A stretch of 45,113 bases of DNA from Chiloscyllium plagiosum. Taxonomy: Eukaryota. This document shows, one piece after another, positions 35,125 to 45,113 of this stretch. Where the stretch lies: assembly GCF_004010195.1 (NCBI RefSeq), contig NC_057751.1, positions 17,486,435-17,531,547 of the forward strand. Reading direction: 5' to 3'. The translations under genes and the position numbers were made by a program. The notes beneath the pieces are model-generated. The model was not told the DNA's origin. It searched no databases and was given only the letters and a program-made list of their open reading frames with translations. Position 1 is the first letter of the stretch, and every line of letters starts with the position of its first letter.

Positions 35125-36735
35125 GAAGGTAATGGCATGATTCGAGAATTGGCTGCCTTGGCAGAAGGCAGACAGTGAGGATAAAGGGGTATTTCTCAAG
35201 ATGGCAGATGGTGACCAGTGCATTTCCGGAGATTGCAGTTTTGGTAGAACTATTCCTGTTATGCAGTGAAAAAGTGGATCAACAAATTGAGGCCATTGTT
35301 ACTAATATGCAGATACGTAGAGGGGTAGTCATGTTGACGATGTGGTAAGGTTAAGAAGTACTTGGACAGGCTCGGAGAGTTGGGCGAATGGAACAAATTG
35401 TGAGAAAATGTGAATTTCGACACTTCGGTGGGGAGAATAAATACATAGTCTTTCTGAATCGGGAAAAGCGTCGGAAATTTGAAGCAGGAAGAAATTTGGA
35501 ATTCAAGTTCAGATTACTTTCAGATTAATATGCATTTTCAGTTGCTGGGTAGAAAGGCAAATGTAATGTTGACATTAATTTCAAGTGGGCTAGATTGGAA
35601 CAAGAGTAATTTACTGCTGAGAATGTATAAGGCTCAGGTCAGACCGCATTTGGAATATTGTCTCCAGGATTGCTTTTGTGTCTAAGGAAGGATATGCTGA
35701 CATTGGAGGGAGTCCAGAGGACATTTACAAAACAATTAACGCGGGAAAGAAGAGAGTAGTTGAGGACTCTAGGTCAGTAACTCGAATGAATTTAGAAGGA
35801 TAAGGGGGATTCACAATGAAATTTACAGAACCCTGATTGGCCAAGAAACATGGGCCGGACAACATGTTTACACTTATAGGAAGCCTTGATTCAGAGTGCA
35901 AAGCCACGGCGAGAAGGAGTGACCCTTCAGAATCGAGAAGAGGAGAATTACTTCTGCAAGTCAGTGGTTCATGTTTCTTGCTTTTGCCATAGTGAACTAT
36001 GGATGCCAAGTTATTGCTTCTATTTAAGACATTAATAGATAAGTTCTTGATTGGTGGGGGGAAACCATGTATGAGGGTATCGAAAGTGAGAGAGGTTGGA
36101 AACATATCAGCCATGATCAAATGGCTTAATTATGCTCCTTCATCTTATGTTCTTATGTGAAAGACCACAGAGGAGCAAACAGTGATCTTTACCATTTCGG
36201 ATACAGTCTTTGTCACATTGGCTCAGAGTCTTTGTCACACGGTTTACGGATATTCATCGGACAGGTTATGGGATTTTGCCTGACCTTATAGGTGTCTTTG
36301 TGCAATTGAGAGTTATTCTGGCTCTGTTGATAGATCAGGTAGGAGCCTTCAGCAGTCCAGATGGGGTCCTGGAAACAGTCAATTAACGCCTTCCTCTGAA
36401 TGGATCTTTGACGTTTGGCATAAATGCGTGTTTCAGGCCAAACAGCAGCTGGTTAAGTGCTGACAGCAACATTGGACAGGTGTCACTGGGCTTTTAACAA
36501 TATATATCGCGGCCTTTGTCAGTCTAGATGGGCTCCTTGAAAAGATTTTTGACAGACTGGACATAGGAATTTCTCAGACTGATTGGTGCCCTGTGACAGT
36601 CAAGACACTGAGATTTGACAGCAGGGATAGATACCTTTGCAGAGGTTAGACGCCTCTGTTGCTGGAAAGATTCATTTTGATAGTCTGAATATGATGTTCT
36701 CTTGTGGTGCACTGCGTGTATATTTCCCTCTGGAC

Positions 36736-38219
36736 CTCGAGGTTTTTATTTCTATCCCCAACTAGTCGGGGCATGAAAAGCAGTATTTCTGAGCAGCTTG
36801 ATCTGAGAAAGCAAAAATAACCGTTTGACAAACTAATCAGTGCTCAAGAAGTTTGACGGTCTGGGTGAGACTTTTGACAGACACATTTGATGAGAACTAC
36901 GAATTATTGAGAGCAAAGATCAAAATGATTAGAGAGCTCAGTAAGTAACAATCAGAGTGTCAGTCGAAGATTAAATCTTCATGTCCCTGTCTGTCTTCTG
37001 TTTTTGCCTGTGAATGTTCTACTCACGCATAACAACAATTAAACATATACATCAGCTCTCGGAAGGGAGCTTCAGGAGTTGTTTATAGAACTCTCAAACA
37101 TGTGCCAGAACTTGATCTTCCTTCTCCAGAAGCAGTGCAGTGATGAAATTGCCTATCTTATCAAATCCTGGAATGAAGAGCAGTTCAAAATGTTTCAAAT
37201 GGAAATCTTCACTGGAAACTCATTCTCACCATGATGAGAATGAACAATTCTTTAGTCTTGCTCAGGATGATTGGCCGGACTGACCCAGGAGAATTGTTGG
37301 AACTGTATATCTCGGCCTGCCTTCATTGCAAAAATAACAACAGAAACCTTTCTAGCATTTAACAAACCATTTTGCAGCATCGTGCGAACCAGTTATTCTT
37401 TTCATGAATGAGTTGTTTGGCGTATGCACCTTCTTTGGCTGTCGACAAAAATACAAATTATTACCTTGGCCTGCATTGTTTGTCAAAAACAAAATCGAGA
37501 TGTGAAGATTGTCACTGCTGGCCACCTGTTAAGAATGTTTTCGTAGTCTTAGCGGAAGCATGAAGATGCTAGTGGAAGGATAACAGTGTACATCACAGAG
37601 GAGAACAGAGTCGAGAAATATTCTTTGAACACCGAGTGAGGGTGATTTGCTATATTGTCTGTTAAAACGTGCAGGGAGAAAAGGGTAATTATTTCCACTG
37701 GCAGTTGTAGTAAGGTAAGAAAGCAGAATTAAACAAAAACTCACTGTATTCGTAAGATTAACGTTGCTTGTCTCCATAAATGCTGACAGACTTGTTCATT
37801 TTCCCTGAAGAATTGCTTATGCCCGAAACGTCGATTCTCCTGTTCCTTGGATGCTGCCTGACCTGCTGCGCTTTTCCAGCAACACATTTTCAGATCTGAT
37901 CTCCAGCATCTGCAGCCCTCACTTTCTCCTTGTTCATTTTCCCCCCAAATTTCTGTTTTTACCTGCTTGTGATAAAGATTCATTCTTGCTCACCCTATAA
38001 CACAGCTAACCATGCACTGCGTCACTTGCTGAATGTTCTGTTGAGCACAGCTATGATTACCAATGAGAATATTTCCAGTTGTCCGCCTGATCTTGCAACA
38101 GACATTAATAAATATTCCAAATTCCACCACTTGGCCCCAAATGTTGCCAATGTTATAATCTCATTTTTGTCGGTTATTTTGTCCCTTTCTGAAACTAGTT
38201 TTCCACAAATTTCAAAAAT
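36736..38219 (-). pseudogene. Pseudo-exons 5-7
   Basis: IFEICGKLVSERDKITDKNEIITLATFGAKWWNLEYLLMSVARSGGQLEIFSLVIIAVLNRTFSK*RSAWLAVL* | GFDKIGNFITALLLEKEDQVLAHV*EFYKQLLKLPSES* | YQAAQKYCFSCPD*LGIEIKTSS. Donor GG|GTGAGC; acceptors CTCTTCATTCCAG and TTTTTGCTTTCTCAG; the exon-5 acceptor is AC instead of AG. Confidence 0.72.
37806..37928 (+). mobile_element. Short Penelope pLTR/hammerhead element with a 15-bp TSD
   Basis: cttgttcattttccc at 37791-37805 and 37929-37943; CTGAAGA...GAAACGTC at 37805-37832. Confidence 0.88.
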
Positions 38220-39429
38220 GTCGAAGCAAAAATAAAAGTCCATCTGCTCAGCGAATCTATGTGAAATTTACATTTATAATGTTTAGCAGTTCATCTTCAA
38301 ACGTCGCAGAGCAAGTAATGCTAAAGCTCATTCATACATTGCCTGTAACTTTATGAAATCCTTTGGCAGTGGCATTTAAGTCTATCAGAGATTCCAGTTT
38401 TATGGCAGTGAACTGGGAAATCCCAACAGAATGAAGCTACTTCGATATTAAAAAAAACGCCGAGCATCTCATGGCCCCAACACTTCTCATTTGCACGGAT
38501 ATCAGGAAGGAAATACATGACAAAGAGTCAAAACTTAATTGCAAAGAAATGAATCAATAAAAAGGCGAAACTCAAAGGCTCAGTTTGATATCAGATTGGT
38601 TGATTTGATTGAGTATTGAATTCATGGACCACAGTACGATAAGCAGCATGCTATTCTGGGTAACCAGAGATAGGGCTGTGCTTCTCTTGCTGTTGCATGA
38701 TGTCACTCCTTTTGTTGTGAGAACAGCTGCAACAAAGAGCGATATTTCTGGTTTTAGCTCTGAGCTTGCATAAATTTTTCAAATAAATTTTTCAAATCCA
38801 TATATCAAACTCGCAAATGCTGTGATGCCATGAGCACAAATTTTGTAGATTATGCCATTTCATTTGCAATCCAAGTTTTCTGCTAATTCCAAAAAAAACC
38901 CAAAAACTTTAATGTGAAGTAAAAACATAACCTGCTCAGGCAAAATGTTGCAGAGCAAAAACTCATAGAGGTCTCTAGCATTTGACCGTCCAATTATCCC
39001 TTTTGTGTTATAGTGAGAAAAAGAAATTATGTAAAGTGGCTTGAATCGGAAATTGTCTTTCGGAATTGACACAAAACAAAGTCTTTGTGTCATCAGCAAT
39101 GCAGCTCGGAACCGAATAATGTATTTTGGTGAAACAATTTGCGTGACCAAGTTAGAGTTTGTCAGAAGAAATTCATTACTCCGCCATGCAGATTTTATCA
39201 AGGAGAGAGAGAACCTGTAAACGTATTGCTGCAGACAGTTTGTTTAGAATGCTTATGTGGTCTGACTGAAACATGTACAATTGATGAAAATGTTGCACAC
39301 AGCGTCAAAGTAGCATGATATTTGGAAATACATTAGCTCAGGGAAAGGCTTATTTGTTATTTTGAATGCGTAAAATTGAAAGAAGTTCAATGTAGTTACA
39401 TCCGCTGGCAGTTGTGTGGAAGGAAGTAC

Positions 39430-39540
39430 GGAAGAGATTGAAGAAGTGTCACTGGACTCGAAACATGAACTCGGTTTGCCTTTCTGGATGCTACCAGATC
39501 TCCTTAGTTCTTGCACTAACTTCTATTTTTCCATGTTTCT
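39430..39540 (+). mobile_element. Old Penelope pLTR (second subfamily) with a dead hammerhead
   Basis: TTGAAGA-A-GTGTC-ACTG-GACTC-GAAAC-ATG, then gatgctaccaga. Confidence 0.65.
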
Positions 39541-39699
39541 AATGTTTTTTTTTATTTGTTTACTATTTCTACCAGTAAACGGTGACCAATTGCATTTGAA
39601 TGCGCAACCTTAGATTGGTGACTGTGAACTGAGATAAAAATATTGAATGCTGAGAAACTGTTAGGTTCTTCCTCCTTTTATTTTAGAATTGTATCATCG

Positions 39700-39915
39700 T
39701 ATCACAGAATCATTGAATCCCTACAGTGTGGAAACAGTGTATTTGGCCCAACACGTCCTTACCAACCCTCTGCAGAGTGACCACCCAGACCCATTCCCCT
39801 ACCCTGTTGCACTACATTTCCTCTGACCTTTACACCTATCTGACAGAGCAGGAAATTTAGCATGGCCAATTCACATAACCTGCACACTTTTGGGCTGTGG
39901 GAGGAAAACTGAAAC
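39700..39915 (-). mobile_element. HE1 SINE 3' part
   Basis: gaatccctacagtgtggaaacag...ccagacccattccc...aatttagcatggccaattcac. Confidence 0.85.
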
Positions 39916-40791
39916 GGTGTTGTAATGAGCATTGGACTTAGAATGAATGGGGAAAGTAGGATAATTTGACGAAGTGGACTGGGTACCCTCAAGACCTTCA
40001 AGAATGCCGAATGCCATGTGAAATTGACACAATGATCTGCAAGAACGGTTGAAAGGATTAAGTATTCATACAGCAGCAAGAGACTCAATACTGCATCTAC
40101 AATGCAAGCAGCTCCACAAATAGCAGATTAAAATACGGCATTACAATGGAAAACAGGTGCATGCAGGCAGTGTAGGGATTTGTCATTCAGTTCCCCCAGT
40201 CTGTGCCAAAATGCAACAGTGTAATGGTTGATATGATTGCAACCTCACATTTCTACCTTATTTTTAACAAGAATATACTTTGGTTTGAACCTAATCAAAA
40301 CCAATTATTCGAGGTAGAGGCTTCCAAGGAGTTTTGAACTTGTCAGAGATGAATGTAAATCTCCCCATCTCTGTAATAAACAAATGGCACCTCATTTTCA
40401 GTCAGCCAAAAAAAAACAGTTCTGTATTGTCTCATAACAGAACCCATCCTCATGATCTGGAAGATTTTATTCAAATGGCAGCATCCCAATTGAAAAGTTT
40501 GCATGTAGCAGCCTATCCTGTTCAATATGAACCGAAAAACAATCCACTTAGTCCAAAAATGAGTTCGGATCTGCATCTCTGAACTCCGTCGCATACATTA
40601 GTTCGCCTTCTTTAAATCAGTTGACTAATAGTGTACCAGGTACTCCAAACACAGCCTCATCAATTCTACGCATGACTGACACACAACTTTCTAATTTTGA
40701 TTTAAATTGTCCTCGTGGTAAGTCAGGACATCCTATTACATTTAATTATTTGCAATCTTTTAAATGCACCCTAACATTTGTGATTCTTGAG

Positions 40792-41291
40792 NNNNNNNNN
40801 NNNNNNNNNNNNNNNNNNNNNNNNNNNNNNNNNNNNNNNNNNNNNNNNNNNNNNNNNNNNNNNNNNNNNNNNNNNNNNNNNNNNNNNNNNNNNNNNNNNN
40901 NNNNNNNNNNNNNNNNNNNNNNNNNNNNNNNNNNNNNNNNNNNNNNNNNNNNNNNNNNNNNNNNNNNNNNNNNNNNNNNNNNNNNNNNNNNNNNNNNNNN
41001 NNNNNNNNNNNNNNNNNNNNNNNNNNNNNNNNNNNNNNNNNNNNNNNNNNNNNNNNNNNNNNNNNNNNNNNNNNNNNNNNNNNNNNNNNNNNNNNNNNNN
41101 NNNNNNNNNNNNNNNNNNNNNNNNNNNNNNNNNNNNNNNNNNNNNNNNNNNNNNNNNNNNNNNNNNNNNNNNNNNNNNNNNNNNNNNNNNNNNNNNNNNN
41201 NNNNNNNNNNNNNNNNNNNNNNNNNNNNNNNNNNNNNNNNNNNNNNNNNNNNNNNNNNNNNNNNNNNNNNNNNNNNNNNNNNNNNNNNNNN
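40792..41291. other. Assembly gap (500 N)
   Basis: Run of n. Confidence 1.
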
Positions 41292-43366
41292 TTCCAGCGC
41301 CACACTTTGTGACTCTGATCTCTCACATCTGCAATCCCCACTTTCTCCGAATCGGTCGACATCAAGATTTTCAAACACATTTTAAAGGATTCGATTTCGG
41401 ATTACTGGTTTGTGGTAAAATAACGTGAGAGTTGCGTGGCTCCATCAAGGAGATTTGATGTCTGATAGCTCGTTCAGTTGGAGAAAGGATGGGCAGTGGA
41501 CGTGGTCTATTTGGATTTTCAGAAAGACCTTGACAAGCTGCTGCACAGGAACCTGCTCAATAAGATTTGAAACCAAAGTGTTATGGAACAGGCTAGATAC
41601 CCCCAAAAATATATTAAAACGTCAACCAATACCCGAATTTTTTCTTATTGAAAAGAATAATATGAAGTGAGTGTTCCAGGTTTGATGCAGCTGGTGAAAC
41701 AACTCGGCTTTAAGCATAACAAAATGTATTTAAACACTATAATTAAAACAGCAACAAAGGAAAGTCGAATTTTAAATAACTTGGTTGTTGAAAACTTAAT
41801 CGATCCAGGACAGTAACTACTTGTAATGAACTGGTCCGATATCGTTATAGTCCATAAGTCCAACCCTTGCAACAAGATAAATTCAAATACTGGTTCTTCA
41901 AGGCAGGAGTGAACAACATCGAGAGCGATTTTAGACAGAGTCAGTTGGGAATCCTTTACTGAAGCTGGATACCTTTCTTTCCTCAAAACATCTGGTGTCT
42001 GCTACAGCAAAAATAACTAGAAAACCTTGAAACACGTGAATTGGTCACTCCCTTTCCATTGTTTTAACATTCTAATTCCCGAGGCTCTACCTCTGCCTTT
42101 GTAACCTGCCTTCATAATAAAAAAGGACATCATAAACTTTTTAAAGTGAGAACATCATCAGAAGGTACTGGCATGATTCGAGAATTGGCTGCCTGGCAGA
42201 AGGCAGACAGTGAGGGATAAAGGGGTATTACTCAAGATGGCAGATGGTGACCAGTGCATTTCCGTAGATTGCAGTTTTGGTAGAACGTTTCCCGTTATGC
42301 ACTGACAAAGACAATTGAGGCCATTGTTACTAATATGCAGATACGTGGAGGGGTAGTCATGTTGACGAGGTGGTAAGGTTAAAAAGTATTTGGACAGGCT
42401 CAGAGAGTGGGCGAATGGAACAAATTGTGGGAAAATGTGAATTTCTATACTTCGGTGGGAAGAATAAATACATAGTCTTTCTGAATCGGGAAAAGCGTCG
42501 GAAATTTAAAGCAGGAAGAAATTTGGAATTCAAGTTCAGATTACTTTCAGATTAATATGCATTTTCAGTTGCTGGGTAGAAAGGCAAATGTAATGTTGAC
42601 ATTAATTTCAAGAGGGCTAGATTGGAACAAGATTAATTTACTGCTGAGAATTTATAAGGCTCAGGTCAGACCGCATTTGGAATATTGTCTCCAGTATTGC
42701 TTCTGTATCTAAGGAAGGATATGCTGACATTGGAGGGAGTCCAGTGGACATTTACAAAACAATTAACGCAATTTACAATGAAATTTACAGAACCCTGATT
42801 GGCCAAGACACATGGGCCAGACAACGTGTTTTCACTTATCGGAAGGCTTGATTCAGAGTGCAAAGCCACGGCGAGAAGGAGTGACCCTTCAGAATCGAGA
42901 AGAGGAGAATTACTTCTGCAAGTCAGTGGTTCATGTTTCTTCTTTTTGCCATAGTGAACTATGGATGCCAAGTTATTTCTTCTATTTAAGACATTAATAG
43001 ATCAGTTCATGTATGAGGGTATCGAAAGTGAGAGAGGTTGGAAACATATCAGCCATGATCAAATGGCTTAATTATGTTCCTTCATCTTATGTTCTTATGT
43101 GAAAGACCACAGAGGAGCAAACCGGGATCTTTACCATTTCGGATACAGTCTTTGTCACATTGTCTCAGATTCTTTGTCACACGGTTTACGGATCAGACAG
43201 GTTATGGGATTTTGTCTGATCTTATAGGTGGCTTTGTGCAATTGAGAGTTATGCTGGCTTTGTGGATAGATCAGGTAGGAGCCTTCAGCAGTTCAGATGG
43301 GGTCCTGGAAAAAGTCAATGAATGCCTTCCTCCGAATGGTTCTTTGACGTTTGGCATAAATGCGTG
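41292..43366 (+). repeat. Segmental duplication, copy 2
   Basis: Matches 34076-36430; lacks the 181-bp tandem unit and the ~65 bp around 35743-35808. Confidence 0.93.
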
Positions 43367-43710
43367 CCAATTAAAGGAATGTATTGCTGAGCATCTCAGC
43401 CAGCCTGGCAAGGGCCGACATGTCTTCCCAGTCGCTGCACATTTTAATTCCGCTTCTCATTCTCTTTCCGACATGACCATCTTTTCCCTCCTCCTTGGCC
43501 ACAAAGTATCAAACTGAAAATTCGAGTAACAACACCTCAACGTTTACCTGGGCAACACAAAGCCCACAGGGCTCAACATTGAGTTCTCCAATTTGAAATA
43601 GCCTACCTTCCCATCAACTGACTCCCTTCTTACACACTCCCCATTCTCTTCCATTCCTCTCATCGACCCTTCATTCCAGGCACCAACCAGACTAATTCCT
43701 CCCATCGATC
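43367..43710 (+). mobile_element. Penelope GIY-YIG C-terminal fragment
   Basis: AEHL...PVAAHFNSASHSLSDM...GLNIEFSN. Confidence 0.85.
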
Positions 43711-43829
43711 TATGCAGGAAATCTTTGAGGCACGGTGAACGTCAGTTGACATTGCACCTCCAAGATTTCCAATCCCATCTTCTCCCGTGCATGTAACTTG
43801 GAAACGTCCAAGCTATGGACATAAAGGTG

Positions 43830-45113
43830 GGCGACCTGAAGGATAGACTTACTTTCAAAAGGGAATTGTGAGCGTTTGTATGCTCTGTTGCACAGAGACA
43901 TGACACACCACTGTTCGACCTGACTTTCAAATCAAGAAAATCACTGCTCATTGTCTTGAGGCAAGTCAAGTCGCTGCTAAATCTACCTTTTAATCAACGC
44001 CACCTTGTGATCAGCCGTGTCGTTGATGAGTTACTTCTCCGTGAATCTACATTTCATCCAGTAGTGTGCAATATCTACAACCTACCATGCGTGCTCACCT
44101 CTGGCATCCAAAAAGCTTTCTATAATCCACCCTGTGCACATGTGAAGAATGCACTTGATGACGCATACAACGTTGCAAACAGTTTTGAGATGGAATGACC
44201 AGAAGCCCCGTTGATCATAGCTGATGAATTCAATCATGTCAATCTCAAGGATGTTTTGCCAAATTAACAAATACAAATGTCCTGTCTCAACAGAGGTCCA
44301 CGTATCCTTGTCCATCAGAGATGTCTGCAACCATTAAAAATCATCCCAAAACTCTGTTTTTCTAAGCAAGGTTTCCGGACAGAAATTGTCACACGAGGAC
44401 TCAGTACAAATAATGGTACAACATTGACCTGAGGAAACAGAAGGGCTTCAAGGGGACTGCTTAGAATCAATGGACTATCCCATGTTCAACAAACCAGCAG
44501 AAAATAAAAGTGCGTATGCCACTACTGTTACAGACTACCTTTATCAGCAGATATGTAGATAACTGCTTGCCAGTGAAGTTAATCTGGACGTTCCTCGTTT
44601 GGAAACCATGATTGAACTGAATAATCCAGTCCGCAGTGAAGCCAAGATATGGGTTGTTCATGTCGGGTGTCCCTGAGATATACAGGGAGTGCAGGCATGA
44701 CATGAGCAAGCCTTTCAGGAACACCAAGAAGCAAAACAAAACTGAGCTTGAGATCCAGGCGACACATATTTTCACCCTTCGTTTCTGACAAAGTTAACGT
44801 GAAATAACAAGGTAAAAAGCGAAATCAAAAGATATTGCGGGCAACAGGGTGTTCCCAGACGATGAGCTCTGTGCATTCTCTGCTCGCTTTGAACAGAATG
44901 ACAGTGAAATGATGTCACGTGTCCCAGCAGCTTCGGATCCAGCTGTACATGAAATCACCGCCACAGACTTTCGATCTGCCTTTTTCAGAGGGAAGCCATG
45001 GAAAGCAAAAGGCCCAGGTGGAGTTTCCAGCCGTGTACTCAAAGGCCACATAGATCTGCTGTTTTGAGTATTCACGGACATCATTAACCTCTCTGTAATA
45101 CGGCCTGATGGCC
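43830..45113 (+). mobile_element. Rex1/Babar-clade LINE, endonuclease and linker (decayed, runs off the window)
   Basis: LCCTET, YNPPCAHVKNALD, degenerate GDFN, and KAKGPGGVSSRVLK...VFTDIINLS. Confidence 0.75.

Larger units (their letters stand above)
34200..36157 (+). mobile_element. Decayed CR1 RT/3' end interrupted by a solo LTR
   Basis: VDVVYLDFQK on the left; ENWL, VRPHLEYC and a tail (cttatgttcttatg) on the right. Confidence 0.8.
34076..36430 (+). repeat. Segmental duplication, copy 1 (paralogous to 41292-43366)
   Basis: Colinear high similarity from ttccagcgccacac to ggcataaatgcgtg. Confidence 0.93.
7605..40732 (-). pseudogene. Unprocessed multi-exon pseudogene of an unidentified protein (17 reconstructed exons, ~844 codons, incomplete at both ends)
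   Basis: Exons 40732-40597, 40517-40391, 39265-39180, 39007-38932, 38219-37994, 37167-37051, 36802-36736, 20610-20478, 20370-20211, 19644-19292, 15186-15080, 14845-14621, 14466-14277, 14165-14071, 8231-8095, 7967-7822, 7757-7605. Consecutive splice phases are compatible; 4 splice dinucleotides must be assumed mutated; 23 stops. Confidence 0.75.
38932..40732 (-). pseudogene. Pseudo-exons 1-4
   Basis: CPDLPRGQFKSKLESCVSVMRRIDEAVFGVPGTLLVN*FKEGELM | IGCYMQTFQLGCCHLNKIFQIMRMGSVMRQYRTVFFWLTENE | SDHISILNKLSAAIRLQVLSLLDKICMAD | TKGIIGRSNARDLYEFLLCNILPEQ. Intron phases 2, 0, 2, 0; the exon-4 acceptor is AA instead of AG. Confidence 0.7.

Noticed and set aside
37051..40517. Loose resemblance, from memory, of pseudo-exons 2-6 to the FBXO47 C-terminal region
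   Set aside because: Low similarity, recalled rather than computed, and the reconstructed protein continues ~550 aa further; needs HHpred, so no name is assigned.
40621..41428. Long ORFs of 206-254 aa
   Set aside because: Artefacts of translating the N gap.
1..45113. CRISPR arrays, rRNA, bona fide tRNA genes, prokaryotic operons
   Set aside because: No repeat-spacer arrays or such genes seen; tRNA-like boxes are decayed SINE heads.

Overview
Eukaryotic, repeat-dense, intron-containing DNA. HE1-type SINEs, CR1 LINEs, Penelope elements and a GPR139/142-like receptor point to a shark or other cartilaginous fish (inference). There is one intact gene: a two-exon class A GPCR on the minus strand (3926-3662 + 1872-971, 388 aa) whose N-terminus is built from a degenerate 21-bp/7-aa repeat. 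Between the transposons, and largely missed by the ORF track, lies a chain of 17 splice-phase-compatible minus-strand exons (40732 to 7605, 2534 nt, about 844 codons). It reads as an unprocessed pseudogene of a protein I cannot identify, with 23 in-frame stops and no frameshift in my reconstruction. Seven short Penelope-derived terminal repeats carry minimal hammerhead-ribozyme motifs. One has an intact core, and two are flanked by 12-15 bp target-site duplications inside older Penelope DNA. Also present: a TA-flanked pogo/Tigger-like MITE, a Gmr1-like Gypsy element split by a CR1, a solo LTR, a Rex1/Babar LINE, four tandem duplications, a ~2.1-2.4 kb segmental duplication and a 500-N gap. Transposon boundaries were set by eye and are approximate.
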